Assembly (NCBI GenBank): GCA_964016885.1
Contig: OZ024746.1
Coordinates: 80,724,001 to 80,788,000, forward strand
Origin: Eledone cirrhosa
Taxonomy: Eukaryota
DNA: 64,000 bases
Direction of reading: 5' to 3'
Position numbers and translations under genes: made by a program. Under the pieces are notes generated by a model that worked only from the letters and a program-made list of their open reading frames with translations, searched no databases and was not told the DNA's origin. Below, in pieces: positions 1 to 13,965 of this stretch. Position 1 is the stretch's first letter. Each line of letters begins with the position of its first letter.

Positions 1-3000
1 GAACTCAAGACATACATCCAGAACAGATACCATAAGGTATCTCATGTAATGCTCTAACAATTCTGTCGATCTACTACCCTGGACTGGTACTTTATATTTC
101 AACCTCTGAAAGGGTAGAGGGAGTACAACATTGACCTCAGCAGGATTTTAATCTGATGTGCAGGGAGGCAATATATATCGCACAAGACATTTTGTTCTTA
201 CATTCTAACAACTATTCTAATTTGCTGCCTATATTGTTTCTAGAGAAATATAATAGAATATATACAGTATGTCAATTTGAAATATTGATTAACTAAATAT
301 GTTCTTACTATTTTATTTTATATTTTGTATCACAATCAGTGAACATTAATGATTGATTACAAGTTTCCAACAGATCAATCACTGCTTCACTGCGTCCCTA
401 ATGGTAAAAGTAACTGCGAGTGCCTATAATTTGTTAAAGAATTAATACCTCAGGGGACTTTGTCTTTAAAGCACTGGTTTTTTCAGTTTTCTCACAAAGA
501 TATCTTTCACAGATATATATTGATGAATAAAATACATGCATATATACAGCCCCCCCCCCCCCCACACACACACACACCAGGCTTCTATATAGTTTGCATG
601 TACTAAATTCCACTCACAAGGTATTTGTCAACTCAAATCTATAGCAGAAGACACTTTTCCAAGTTTCTGTGCAGTGGAATCAAACCTGTAACCTTAGGGT
701 TACAAAAAGAACTTCTTAACCACACAACCATTCTGCAACGTTTTATTTTTTGTATTGATTTTTCACAGAAACATACTATGAAGCCTTTTACTGTTGGATG
801 ATATTGTACTAGTCACACTGTGACAAGTGAATAATATTTTTTTCAGTTCAATTGATTGAAACAAATAGAATTATGTCTTGCTTAAGGACATAGTATGTTT
901 TCTAACATATTTCAGCTTATTGATTTATACAGAACAAATTCTTATGTGAGGAGACGAGATTTAATATCACATTCAGTTTGAAAAATTTTAATGGCTGGTT
1001 ATCAGAAAACCTGAAAAAAAATCTAAGACCTCCACAGTTAATATTCACAAGAAATTGTTTAACCCTATATATTGTAAATACTTTTGAAGGATCTTAATAT
1101 CCCAATGATGTAAGATATGTATTGTTTCAGGCTGATTGATAGTAAACACACCAATTTCAGTGTAGCAAACAGCAAGAAATTGTTTAGTGATGGTGCCAGT
1201 GGTAGTGCATTCATTCACTACATTATGAGGGTAGGCTGAAAAGCTCATAAGCTAACTATGAAGGAGTGAAGCAAGAGCTGTGAAATCTTGCATACATTAA
1301 TTTCGACTCTTCTTATAAATAACTGTATTGTTTGTTTCCAGGGCCTATGCTGAAAAATAAACGTCATGAGAGTAACTTGGTCAGCCTATGAACTTTTCAG
1401 TTGACCCTTGTATATCTAGTTGAATTACTGTCGTTTATAAGGAAGGGATTCTCTTTGTGTCTTACTGCTGTCCAGACATTGGACCAGTTATAAGGTCCAT
1501 ATAAAGGAATCTAATAAATAGAGCTAAAACAAAAGTGGTGAAGGCCCAAGGAAAAATAAAAAAAGTATTTATATAAAAATAAAAAGTATTTATATAAAAA
1601 TAAAAAAGTATTTAGTCAAGTATAGTATACATTTTTTCTCCCAAATATTTAAACCTAAAGTTAGAGGTGTGCATTATACATGGTACTAAAGTGAATGGTC
1701 ATAATCATAACAACAAAAGGATAAGTTATATTTATTGTCTTAGCCAACTGATGTGTAACAAAGTTTAAATTCATATAATAATGTTATATTTTTCTATGAT
1801 AGTCACAATATATTAAATGTTAATCATATTTCACAAGTATACATTAATCATCATCATTTAATGTCCATTTTCCCTGCTAGCAAGTGTTGGACATATCTTC
1901 ACAGACCAAGTGCTCAAGTGGGACTACTGGTTTCTCAGATGGATGAGGCGGCCTGAATCTCGTTTACAAGTGAATTTTATTGTGCCACCAGAGCTAGGGG
2001 TGTTTCACACAGCTGAAATGTCCTCCTGACTCTGTCTGGAAGATTTTCTAAGTCTGGATGCCCTCTCTATCACCAACTACTTTTAAAGTGTACGGGGTAC
2101 ATTTATCCTGTAGATCACCAACACTAGGGAGGTCGTTGTGTCATTGACACAGCTGATGGTTCTCCCAAATCTTTGTTTGACACGTTTTCTATGTCTGGAT
2201 GCCCTCCCTATCACCAACTACTTTACAGAGTGTACTGAGTGTATTTATGTAATTCATCAACACAAGGGTATGTTAATTTTATGTTGCTGGTTCAAATATT
2301 GATTTCTAATTTATGCACAAGGGCAGCAAATTTCGATGATTAACAAAGTTGATTAAATCAACTAGAGCACTTGACCAATACTTTCATTTTATTGACCTCG
2401 TAATGATCAAAGGCAAAGTTGTCCTTGATAGAATTTGAATTCAGAATCTATAGAGCCAGAACAAATACTGCAATTGCATTTCATTAGACACTTTACCAAT
2501 TCTGCCAATCCACCATCCATACTGGTATAAGTATTGCTACATATTTCACATGTTTACAGTTAATGGTCATTCCATATGTTTTCTCAATAGAACAACAACA
2601 AAGCAGATATATAAAGTAATCACATTAACCACATTTTAGTAAATAATTATAATTTTCAGTTTCTGTTATATTTTCCATTTGCCAAATTCAATTAAAATTG
2701 ATATTTACTTTCAATGCATGCACTCAGTTCTTATTTAGAAAAGAAATTTAGCTGTTCATATTTCAAAAGTTTGAGAAGACTCTTCAGCTGTGACAAAGAC
2801 ATGACTACTTCCTTTGTGATGGTGTCACAATAAAATGTACTTGATGGTGCACAGAATTGCATGTAGGCAAGTTGTAGGCCACTGGCACATCTGAGAAATT
2901 AGTAGGATGTAGGAATGTAAGTAAGTGTGATGGAGGCTTGTGGCCCACAGTGGGATCAATATTTGCTTTGTGCACCAATCCAGTTTGCTGACCACCTATG

Positions 3001-3574
3001 CAAACTTTGCTAGCAGGTAAAGCAGTCATTAAATGATGATGATGTTTCCAATACTGGTGACTCACAATTAAAATGAAGGGATCTGCATCACTGTTGTCTG
3101 TGTCTGGGATAAATGTAATGGATGTCCTGGTCATCCTTGCTCACAGTTCTCTTGAACTTTTCCTAAAAAAAAAAGTCATCTTCAATACTATCTAGTATAT
3201 TTGTAATGCAGCATTTGGAATCATCCTAAGGGAAATTCTGTGTGTATTATATATGAAAGATATTTTTCCCAGCATTTCATTTCCCATAATAAGGAGTGCA
3301 CATTATATACAAGTGCATATTATACACAAATAAATAGATTATCTTCATGAGATGAAATACATTAAAGTAAACATTCAGATGTTCCTTGTGATTTAGAAGG
3401 CTCAGATGTTTTGGAGATTGTGTAAGAAAGGATAAGTGTGAAATTTAATAAAATGATTGTAAATAGAACCCAAAATGAATGTTACAAAGGGGAAAAAATT
3501 GGAAAGAAATTTGTTTTAGAGCATTATAAAAAAAGTAGGGTTAAGCTAGAAAGGATACAATATAAGGAATGCTT

Positions 3575-3852
3575 TAATAGATGTTCTCCACTGATATAAG
3601 TATAAACAAATAGCTTATATCAGTGAAAAATATTTGATAAATATTTTCCACTGATATAAGCATTAACAAATAGGCAAAGATATCCTGATAATAGATATTT
3701 TCTACTGATACAAGTATAGAAAAAATAGACAAAGTTATCCTGATAAATATTTTCCACTGATATTAGTATAGAAAAAAAATAGGCAAAGACATTCTGATAT
3801 ATATCTTCCACTGATATAAGTATAGAAAAAAATGTATGAATATTCTGATAAC
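3575..3852. repeat. Degenerate ~55-60 bp tandem repeat (about 5 copies)
   Basis: Recurring core ttcc/tcta-ctgatataagtata...aaatag(g)c...ctgata at roughly 55-60 bp spacing. Confidence 0.75.
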
Positions 3853-4066
3853 TAAGAGAATGTAATTTTGTTCTATCTCATTACATTTGTATTGTGTTAA
3901 TTAGTGTTTCCAATTATATTTAATAGAAAATAACTATCTTTTAAAATATTCATTTAAAAGAAAATTAGCTTTCAATGTTTTTAAACTCAACGTAATCATT
4001 TCATTTCATTGCCATTATTATCTTTGGTCTGGTTGATTAAGCAAGTCTGAAATAATTAAACTTAAC

Positions 4067-4510
4067 GAAGAATGAAACATACAACATATAAGTGAGAGAT
4101 GTGGGATTTGACCTGACTGTGGTGGGCATTAAACTCTGAATATAAACTAACTTAGATTGTAATGACCATTCAAACTTGGTGAAGAATGGAACAGACAACA
4201 ATAAGTGAGAGATGTGGGATTTGACCTGACTGTGGTGGGCATTAAACTCTGAATATAAACTAACTTGGATTGTAATGACCATTCAAACTTGGTGAAGAAT
4301 GGAACAGACAACAATAAGTGAGAGATGTGGGATTTGACCTGACTGTGGTGGGCATTAAATTATGAGTATAAACCGACTTGGATTGTAATGACCATTCAAA
4401 CTTGGTGAAGAATGGAACAGACAACAATAAGTGAGAGATGTGGGATTTGACCTGACTGTGGTGGGCATTAAATTATGAGTATAAACCGACTTGTAATGAC
4501 CATTCAAACC
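4067..4510 (+). repeat. 113-bp tandem repeat, ~3.9 copies, followed by an RTE-type 3' tail remnant
   Basis: gaagaatg starts at 4067, 4181, 4294, 4407; units nearly identical; followed by ccatgctagcatggaaa...gataatgatatgatg. Confidence 0.9.
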
Positions 4511-5312
4511 ATGCTAGCATGGAAAATACTTGTAAAAAAAAACAAAAAACAAAAAAAAACGATAATGATATGATGGTACTGGAGATGATCATCATAGAAT
4601 GTTTATAATGTAAATAGCTTTATCTAATTATTGAAATTATGTTCAATACTACTTCCATAAAATATTTCTTCAACATATAGACATTCACACACATGCACAC
4701 ACATGCACACACATGCACATACACACAAATATATACACACACATATAAATTACATCCATTAACATTACATATATGGCTCCATCATTTTAACTTAATTCAT
4801 ACAGTTCTTTGTTCTTCCTTCTTAGTACTTTATATTAGCTGTTTTATAATAGACAAAGGTTTGTTTGTAAATATAATCACCAAAACACTTGATCTCCACC
4901 CCATGCTCCTCCTCTTCCCCCTTCTCCTCCTTCTTTAAATTCTCCTTTGTATTATTGTATTCTTCCTTTGAAGCATAAACTATTCTTCTCTGAACAAATT
5001 GATGAAAATAGGGAGTTTACTATTATCATTATTGTCTTACATTTTCAAAAGACAAATACCAATATATTAAGGCAGTAAAGTGGCAGCCATTAGACCAAGG
5101 GATAGAATGCTTTGCAGCATTTGTTCCGGTTCCTGTGTCATGAGTTAGATTCCTGGTGAGATCAGTTTACTTTTTATCCTTCTGGGGGTTGATAAATAAA
5201 ACACTAGTTCAGTTCTGGGTCCAGTTTTATTCTCTGCCTGTGTGTGTAAATATATATAAATATTCCGTTAAAGGTGGAAGCAGCAATTCTTTGCTTAAAC
5301 TTTAATCTGTTA

Positions 5313-5376
<64 letters not shown>

Positions 5377-5580
5377 TATGAACGAGTAGGACCCCGACGG
5401 CTGACCTCAAGCCGTTTCGACGGCTAATTCTGGACTAATTTTAGTCCAGAATTAGCCGTTGAAACAGCTTGAGCTCAGCTGTCGGGGTCCTACTCGTTCA
5501 TATTACCCACTCTACTACCCTAAGTATTGAGTACTTTGGTGCGTTATGGTCCATCTGGTTCCTTACCACATTTCCTTCGT
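5377..5580. mobile_element. Fold-back element in (TA)n: 62-bp inverted arms plus ~78-bp unique tail (Penelope-like insertion remnant)
   Basis: Arms 5377-5438 and 5441-5502 are reverse complements with few mismatches; flanked by TA runs; related fragment at 61179-61232. Confidence 0.65.
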
Positions 5581-6057
5581 TATATATATATATATATATA
5601 TATCCACACATGCACAGTCACACGCGCACACATACACAAAAAAACTAAAAACTAACTGACAAACATGCATACACACACAAACACGCATACCAGTGTGCAC
5701 ACACCAACTATATAAGACTCAGAGACACCCATATGTCCACACACACAGACTGAAGCCATGCACAACTACCAATTTCTTCCCTTCAGCACACACACATAAC
5801 CACATCCACCACATCCTTGTACCCTCTACTTTGCCCCCCCCCCCCCCCTCCCCAGAGCCGGACCTTTCACCTACCTCTTCCTATCTATCTTTCTCCTCCC
5901 AACCCCCTTTTCCTAACTTCCTTTCCTAACCTTCACACACTACTCATACCTCTACCTATTCTCTCCTTATTCCTGATGAAGAGCTTCTGTACCAGTAATG
6001 CACTGGGGTAATTGCTAGCCTTGTGCCAAAGGTAGTAACATTATTATTATTATTAGG

Positions 6058-6282
6058 GTGGTGGATTGGCAGTATTGGTAGAGTGTCGGACAATATGCTT
6101 TGTGCTATAGAGTTACGGATCTTTATGTTCTGAGTTCAAATCCCGCCGAGATTAGCTTTGACTTTCATCCTTACGGGGTCAATAAAATAAAGTACTAGTC
6201 CCGCATTGGGATCAATTTAATCGATCCCCCCCCCTCCCCCCCAAAAAATTGGTGGCCTTGTACCTAAATCAGAAACCATTAT
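6058..6282 (+). mobile_element. tRNA-derived SINE, family A
   Basis: Head gtggattggcagtattggtagag (A-box-like), gagttcaaatccc (B-box), conserved core tttcatccttacggggtcaataaaataaagtac; more than 10 copies in the window. Confidence 0.85.
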
Positions 6283-6286
6283 CATT

Positions 6287-6628
6287 CATCATCATCATCA
6301 TTTCATTTTACGTCCGCTTTTTCCCTGCTTGCAAGGGTGGGACGGGAACTCATTCTGGCTTGATTTCTACAGCTGGATGCCCTTCCTAACACCAACCTCA
6401 TTTACAGGGAGTGCTGGGTGCTTTTTTGCCGTGGCACCTACACGTCCACTTTACAGTGGAATGATAGGGACCCCAGTCCCTATCATCTCATTTCTACAGC
6501 TGAGTAAACTGGAGCAATGTGAAATAAAGTGTCTTGCTCAAGGAAACAACACATCACCCGGTCTGAGAATTGAACTCACAACCTTTCGATAGCAAGGCCA
6601 ATGCTCTAACCACTAAGTCATGTGCCTC
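6287..6628 (-). mobile_element. tRNA-derived SINE, family B, with RTE-type 3' tail and (GAT)n
   Basis: Near-identical to copies at 13966, 15838 and 39517; A/B boxes at head; tail aagcggacgtaaaatgaaatgatgatg. Confidence 0.9.
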
Positions 6629-6994
6629 CATGAATTATTAATGAAGCGCCTTGCTTAAGTTACAAGAACTCAATACTTGTGTTATGTCTATATTATACCT
6701 ACATAATTAGTACAGAAATAGATAAATAAGTGTATTGGTATGTATGGCAAATTGAGAAACAGAATTTTTTGTGCAGCTGATAATACAAATAGATCTGTTT
6801 ACATGAATCACTGGTAGTAGCTACATAATTCAGTGTGGGCATTAACGAGAACATAGTGGCTAGCATTTTATGACTGATATCACCATCATCATCATTTTAT
6901 GTCTGGTTCTCCAAGCAGGTTATCATGATCCAAAAGATGAAATTTTTCTCATGGTTTCCATATTTTGGCAAGGTTTTGATATCTAGATGCCCAT

Positions 6995-7198
6995 CTTAAC
7001 ATTTACATTACTCTATATTTACTGTTATATTTTCATGGTAAAGGCTTTACTTTATATAATTATCTCACATCATATCGAATCTATGCGATTTTGATATTAT
7101 TTATTTTGAGAACAATACCTTAACATCAGTATGAGTGGCCAGTTACAGCCGGTTTGAGATTTCTGGCCAGATATGGCTGGTTTAAATGCTAAAGGGTT
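6995..7198 (+). mobile_element. piggyBac-like small MITE (degenerate copy)
   Basis: Homologous to 50254-50466 and 53881-54088; right TIR tttaaatgctaaaggg retained. Confidence 0.7.
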
Positions 7199-8247
7199 GA
7201 TACCAACCACTTTACAGAATTTAAAAATCCCTTACTATTAGCAGAAAGGGTTTCCCACTTTGTAATGAATAGACTGTCTGTGTGAGAAGTGTGTTGATAT
7301 ATGGCAGTTAAATATTGGCAGAGAATATAGAACATCTGCAATAATTGGAGAATATGGAGATAAGTATGATTTGTTGGATGTTCAAAATTAATGTGGAAGG
7401 AAAGATTGAATGCATGAGAATTAATGTCAAAGATATTAAAAGAGGGGTGAACTAAGATGATTGGGAGTTAATTTGATTGATTAAAGTTGAGAATATTTGG
7501 TATCATGGTTAAGATAATCTGAGTTTGAGAAGCATGGAGAAATGCATTGCAAATCAATTTAACTAATGTTTATCTAGAAATATAAATTTTACAATTATGC
7601 TGATGAGGATAATTTAAATATACAACTATATGTTTAAATTAAATATCTTTAATTATCTGTATTATATCAGCTGCTGTATTTGGCAATAATTTTAATATAT
7701 TTACATCTGGAAACACTTATTGAATACCAACCTGTTAAAGTTATGAAATTCTCATAAATACACATAATACATAATACATAATACAGACTTTCAAATCATT
7801 TTGAAGAATTAACTTTACAGTATGATGTATGGCAGATATCTCTGCTCTATATCAATAAGGATTTCATTTAACTCTTTCAAATCATATGCATATCCTTCAT
7901 AATATTATTGACTTGTTGCCAATTTAGCAAATATGAAAGTGTGTGGCCTAGTAGCTAGTGTTTAACTCACAATTACAAAGCCGTGTATTCAATTCTGGAC
8001 CAGGTGAAGCATTGTGTTCTCGAGTAAGATTCTTTAATCCATATTGCTTTTCATGATATCATTGGAGTCCCTATCATTAAAACATGTAAGGAAACTCCAA
8101 TGAGATGTAACCTCATTAGAGGTCAGCTAAATTTGTATAAGTGTGAGTTATAACTTTCATCTAATATTTTTTTTCAATTCAGTAAATCAATTCTCATTTG
8201 TGTTATCAAGTATTCATTCTGTACAGGATTCTAAACTGCGTTAAATT

Positions 8248-8610
8248 AATCCTTTTGATACCAGCCTGGCTAAAACCAGTTCTGGTACTATGAAACAAAG
8301 CCACCCATTTCAAAAGGTTCCTATTTAAACCGTCTGTATATGGCCAGAATTTTCTCACTTCCTTCTGTTCAAACCGGCCATAACTAGCTACTCATACTGC
8401 TGTTAAGGTATCATTCTCAAAATAAATAATATCAAAATCTCATAGATTCGATATTATGTGAGATAATTATGTTAGGTAAAGCCTTTACCGTGAAAATACA
8501 ATAGTAAATATAGAGTAATATATAGAGTTAAGTTAGTAATGAAATGATAATTCTAGTAAATCCCTCAAAATTCTCCATTTATTAGAAATACAGCCACAAA
8601 AGGGTTCAAC
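8248..8610 (+). mobile_element. Larger piggyBac-like MITE containing a nested small MITE (~8325-8530)
   Basis: Starts ttaatccttttgataccagcctggc, ends aaaagggtt; internal segment matches the small MITE family. Confidence 0.6.
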
Positions 8611-8969
8611 TAAACTGGATTAAGTCTGCAATCCCCAAAAAGATAAAATTCATCTAATAAGCTATTGCACAGTTTCCTCTATACACTTTCACTTAAAAGG
8701 TTTGGTTTAAACTGATACTTTGGTAGAAGACACTTGCCTGAGATGCTGCATGTTGGGATCCAAACCAGAACCACATGATTCTGAACCAATCATGTAAACC
8801 CCATGGCTGTGTGCACACATGTGGTATTTGTTGTTTACATTATTCTATTTGGGATACCACAAGTCACATCATCATTTTACACCTGCTTTCCATATCACTG
8901 TCTGAGACTAGACAGATCAGAGAGAACACATCTCAGCCATATCTATTGGGTGTATATATACCTCTTTAC

Positions 8970-9303
8970 ATAGTGTACTGGATGTATTTTATCATGACAC
9001 TAGCACTTTATGTAGTGTACTGGGTACATTTTATCATTGCATCAACACTACCACTTTACAGAGTGTACTAGGTGCATTTTATCATGTTACTAGTTAACCA
9101 CTTAACAGCAAGTACTGGGTTTATTTTATCATGGCACTAGCGAACCATTTAATAGCATGTTCTGGGTGCATTTTATTGTCACACTAACTATACCACTTTA
9201 GAGAGTGTATTGGGTGCATTTTATTGTGTCATTAGCTATACCATTTTACAGAGTGTACTTGGTGCATTTTATTGTGGTACTAGCTATACCACTTTACAGT
9301 GTG
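8970..9303 (+). repeat. ~45-50 bp tandem repeat (about 7 copies) derived from a SINE internal module
   Basis: Repeating ccactttacagagtgtactgggtgcattttat...cactag, the same module found inside the dispersed SINEs. Confidence 0.8.
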
Positions 9304-11339
9304 TTCAATCTGGAAATCAATACCAATTCCATTTTATGATATAACCATTTGTGTTGCTATTAAAGATTCTAGAATTTGTGGAAAATATAGCTGTATAATC
9401 TATAGATACTTTGATAAACAGATAAAAGATAATTGAAGCTAAAACAAGACGTAGGTTGTTGACAAATATATGAAAATGTAAAAGCTTGAGTTTATTTCAC
9501 TCAAGCTTTTAAATAAAAAGAAAATTCCATTGACTATTCTGGTATCATGTAAATTGTAAGCTACTAGAATATTCTAGAGTTTTTTTTCTTTTGCACATTC
9601 CACTTTTACATTTTACACCCACACAAAATATCCTGTAATAAGGTGTGGTTCAAATACAGAAACATACAAATTAAATACTAGTAGTAGTCATCATAAAAAA
9701 CATCAGTTTTATTATATTAAGCAGATTTACGTCTACTAGATAAAAGTATAAAAGTGAATATCTTCATTTATAAAATAACATATAATTATGTTATTTTTGC
9801 CCTTTATCAAGTCACCTCATCATTTATACTTCTCATTTACACAGCTTAGCAGTTACAGATCTTATAGATCATATCTTGTCTGCATATCTTAGCAGTTATA
9901 GATGTTACAAATCATATCTTATCTAGTCATCTTAGCAGTTACAGATGGTACATATTAAATCTTATCTAGCCATCTATAATTCTATGTTAGACTTCTATCT
10001 TACTACAATCTATCTCATAATAAGTTAGTGTCACTGTCACAAATACAAACTGACTCTTTTTCTCTTGTCACTAAATTAAATGTCAAAATATATTTCAATG
10101 GGCATGTTTTGGTGATGTGAAGGGCATCCAACAATAGAAAAATTGGCAGACATTGGGTCAAAGGGACTCTTCTGTTGTGTCAAAGATATGAAAACCTCCC
10201 TAGTGTTGGTGCCATGATAAAATGCAACCACTACAGTGTAGTGGTTGGTGATATGAAGGGCACTCAGCTATAGAAAACTTGGCAAACAATGAGTTGAGAG
10301 GGCTCTTCTGTCATGTCAAAGATATGACAACCTCCTCAGTGCTGGATGCATTTTGTTATGGCACCAGCAGTAGGGAGTTTGTAATGTATTTGAAATGACT
10401 GAAGAGTCCTCTTGGCCTTTTGTTTGCAAAGTTTTCTACAGCAGGCTGGCCTTCCTATCACCAACCACTTCACAGAGTGTAGTGGATGCATTTTATCATG
10501 GCACCAGCAATACAGTAAGCAAGCTACAAACAATCTGATGGACATTTTGACACCAAGAAATAAATGATAAATATAAAACTATTGTCTATTCATAAAATCC
10601 AGTCTTGTAGAATATTTTAGTGTTTTCTCTTTAGTTGAAAATCATTTGATAGGAAATGTGTGTTTGATGAGGGATGAATAATATAGAGAAAAAATAAATA
10701 AAATAAGTGAGAGATAAATGTACTAAGAGATGTGATAGAATAAGTAAATAAAAAGGAAATTTTGTTAAAAGAGTAATTTACAATTTGTAATTATTGGTGA
10801 TTATCACCTGAAGAAGGAAGTAATTTAAAAAAAAAAAGCAAGATATATATAAATGTAGAATTAAATAAATTGTACTGAAGTTTCCTGTATTAATTTTCAT
10901 CACAAAGAAAATGTAAACATTGAACTGTGAAGTCTGAAGAAGAAAAAAAAAAAGAAATTTGGTTAACAGCAACAACAACGACAACAATATATTCATTAAA
11001 AGGAAAGACTTCAAGTTGAAAGAATCAATAATAGTATCAACATTAACAAAAAGAAAGATCAGCTATAAAATTTCTTTCTGTGTAAAACTGAGAGCTTAAT
11101 GATTGTCAAAAAAGTAATTCTTTAGGAATTTTAAGCAACAAGAAACAATATCAATACATAACTTTGATTTGTTTTAAATTTTTCATCATTTGTAATCTAT
11201 TAAAAAATAATATCAATATTTCTACCTTGATAATTTACTGTTTATTTAATTAAATAATTTATGAAATTGTATAAAAATTCAAATAAAGAAGGAGGCTTAC
11301 AAAGCTTGGTTTAGAAATAAGTCTTCCTTTTTGGACTTG

Positions 11340-11830
11340 CAGTACAAGCAGGCATGAAAAGTCACAGCAGAGAGAGTAAAAGCATCCAAAGTTAAGATAT
11401 GGGAGGACTTAGGTGTTAAACTGAAATTTGATTTTAGATCAGCAAATAAAGTATTCTGGTAGAACATCTGTCAATTTCATAATAAATCCCTTTCTGCTAT
11501 CAAAAACACATCTGGAGTTCTTCTCTCTTGTGAGGGGGAGATAATATTTTGCTGATCTCCTAAGTCCAATCACAACCGTATTTTCTAATGTACTTGGGTG
11601 CAACTAGGAGCAAAGATTAATCTCTTGGTGGTTGAGCTCACCAGAGCAATTAGAGAGCTCAAATGTGACAAGGTATCTGAGGAGGATGAAATTTGGTCCA
11701 AGATAGTAAAAGCCTTAAATAGAGAAGGTATATATACACTGGCTGACTCATGTACCAAGGGGCATGAATCTTTGGAAAGGCACCAAAGCAATGACAATCA
11801 GGAATGATATCCTAATTTTTAAGAGAGATT
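11340..11830 (+). mobile_element. Decayed RTE-clade LINE fragment (region just upstream of and at the start of RT)
   Basis: Translation ELTRAIRELKCDKVSEEDEIWSKIVKALNREG resembles the RTE K-A-x-G-x-D-x-I-x-x-E-x-x-K motif; frameshifts and stops present. Confidence 0.65.
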
Positions 11831-12270
11831 GTCTCTCACACATCACACACACATGACGAGCTTCTGCAGTTTCCATTTACTAAATTCCACTCAGAAGTCA
11901 TTGGTGAAGCTGAGGCTATATTAGAAGATTCTTGCCCAAAATATCACACAACAGAACTGGACCCAAGATTAACTACCTATAAAGTGAAATCCTGAACCAC
12001 TTAGCCATGCCTATATGTATTATATAAACCTTAATAGAATCTTAAATCTTAAAAGAATCTTTTTTTTTCTCACTTAAAAAACATAAAGTGATTTTCTTCT
12101 ACTTTAATGTTACACTTACACCAAATATGATTTGAACTGTGACTAAACCTTTTATAGAGTGCAAATATTTCCTCTATTTGTATACTGCCTGAGATGGTGT
12201 ATTAGCATATTTATAAATAAACACACTCACACATACATGGTAAGACTCTTTTGTAACTTCTTATAAGCAT

Positions 12271-12440
12271 TTGGCAGTATCGGTAGAGGGTCGGATGCCA
12301 TGCTTTGATGCATAGAGTTACAACCCTTGCCATTCTGAGTTCAAATCCCACCGAGGTTAACTTTGCCTTTCATCCTTACAGGGTCGATAAAATAAAGTAC
12401 CAGTAATGCACTGGCCTTGTGCCAAACATAGAAACAATTA
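12271..12440 (+). mobile_element. tRNA-derived SINE, family A
   Basis: Same head, B-box and core as the other family A copies. Confidence 0.85.
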
Positions 12441-13064
12441 TATTAATATACCATTATTGTATTGTGCTCTTCTCTGACAGTTTTTTTTTTATTTTTACCT
12501 ACATATATATATATATATATCATCATTATCATCATTTTATATATATATATATATATATATCATCATCATCATTTTATATATATAATATTACACCCACACA
12601 TTCTCTAGTCTATAGCCAGGATGAACACACCCATCTAAGCCTAAACTTCTCAACACCTCTTAAATTCCACCTCATCATAAGTGTCTGTGCACTCTGTGTC
12701 TCTTCTATTGTACTACAACAGATCTCCCTTCCTTGAAGTCTATAGAGATATATTTTCCCTATTCCCACTCCATGTACCTAATCTCTTAGATCATTGCTCT
12801 AGAACTTTCTTCCCACCCACATTTTCTCTACCAAGTACTAGCTAAACACAATATCAACTATATTAAGTGCAATCAGTCCATCTACCCAGCCTTCTGTCTA
12901 AAAATGGCTATGATTACTTTTCTCTCTTCTTAGATAGACAAAAATGAACATTTCTGTAGCTAAAACATGATAGTTAGTAGAACTTGGTTTTTAGCTAGTT
13001 TTCCCTGCTGCTACTACTGATACCACCAGCACCACCATCACCAGTTTTACTCAACTAACAGTCA

Positions 13065-13370
13065 TCATCAACATCATCATTATTTTTACATCATTTGTTC
13101 CATGTTCGCATGGGTTAGCTTGTCTTTGTCATCTCTTTTGTGAGGTGTAGTTTCTTGAGATTTGTTTTCACCACTTCTGCCCAGGTCTTTCTTGGTCTTC
13201 CTCTACCATGATTTTCATCCACTTAAAATTATTGGCACTTCTTCATTTGGCGACATTCATCCATACATATTACATGTCTGAACCAGGTTAATTTTCTCTC
13301 CTATATGATTTCTCTTATGTTCAGTTTTTCTTTTAACTCATCCATGCTTCATCATTCATTTGCCTTTCTT
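13065..13370 (-). mobile_element. Decayed RTE LINE 3' end
   Basis: Reverse strand encodes GRGRPRKTWAEVV-like motif (ggtagaggaagaccaagaaagacctgggcagaagtggtg), then catgcgaacatgg and (GAT)n tail. Confidence 0.75.
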
Positions 13371-13965
13371 CATTGATTGTATAGCACCTAGGACAAATGT
13401 TTTCTTCCAACCCTCAAGTTGACTACAATATTTTGTGAGTGAAATTTAATAAATGGTACTTGTGCTAAAGCCCATCATATATGTGTGTCTATGTTTGTGT
13501 TTGACACAATGAATGTATGTATGTATGGAGCCATCGGTGTGACACAATAACAGATGTAAAAAGATCAATATTGTGTCAAAAAAATATTACTTAGTGGTTA
13601 AAAAATTTGTATTGATAAAAAGTACCAGATTGAAATAATTACTGTTATTGGCACCCCAACATGGCTGCAGTGCATTGACTGAAATTTGTAAAAGAAAAAA
13701 AAGAAAAGAAGCAGATTGTCAGATCAGACCAAAGAAACTAAGTTTCTGTTGATCTTTGCATTGCTGATACTACCTGCCAGTCACAACACCTGATAAAAGG
13801 AGGTGGGATTTGAAAACAGAATGTACAGAAGAACTGGATCAGATACCACAAATCATTCCATCTGACTCTTTAACAAATCTACCAATTCCCTGCCCCTAGA
13901 CAAACTTTTTTTTATCAACTGTGATGGTATGAAAGGCAAATCTATTCTCAGTCGGATTTGAACTC

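Noticed and set aside
1608-3337. Old pogo-like DNA transposon with transposase remnant (ORF 2805-3134)
   Set aside because: Only vague terminal-like gtgcattatac motifs at about 1670 and 3300; no DDE motif recognised.
6329-6592. Recurrent MPFLTPTSF...LEQCEIKCLAQG ORFs as a gene family
   Set aside because: They are antisense readings of SINE family B copies.
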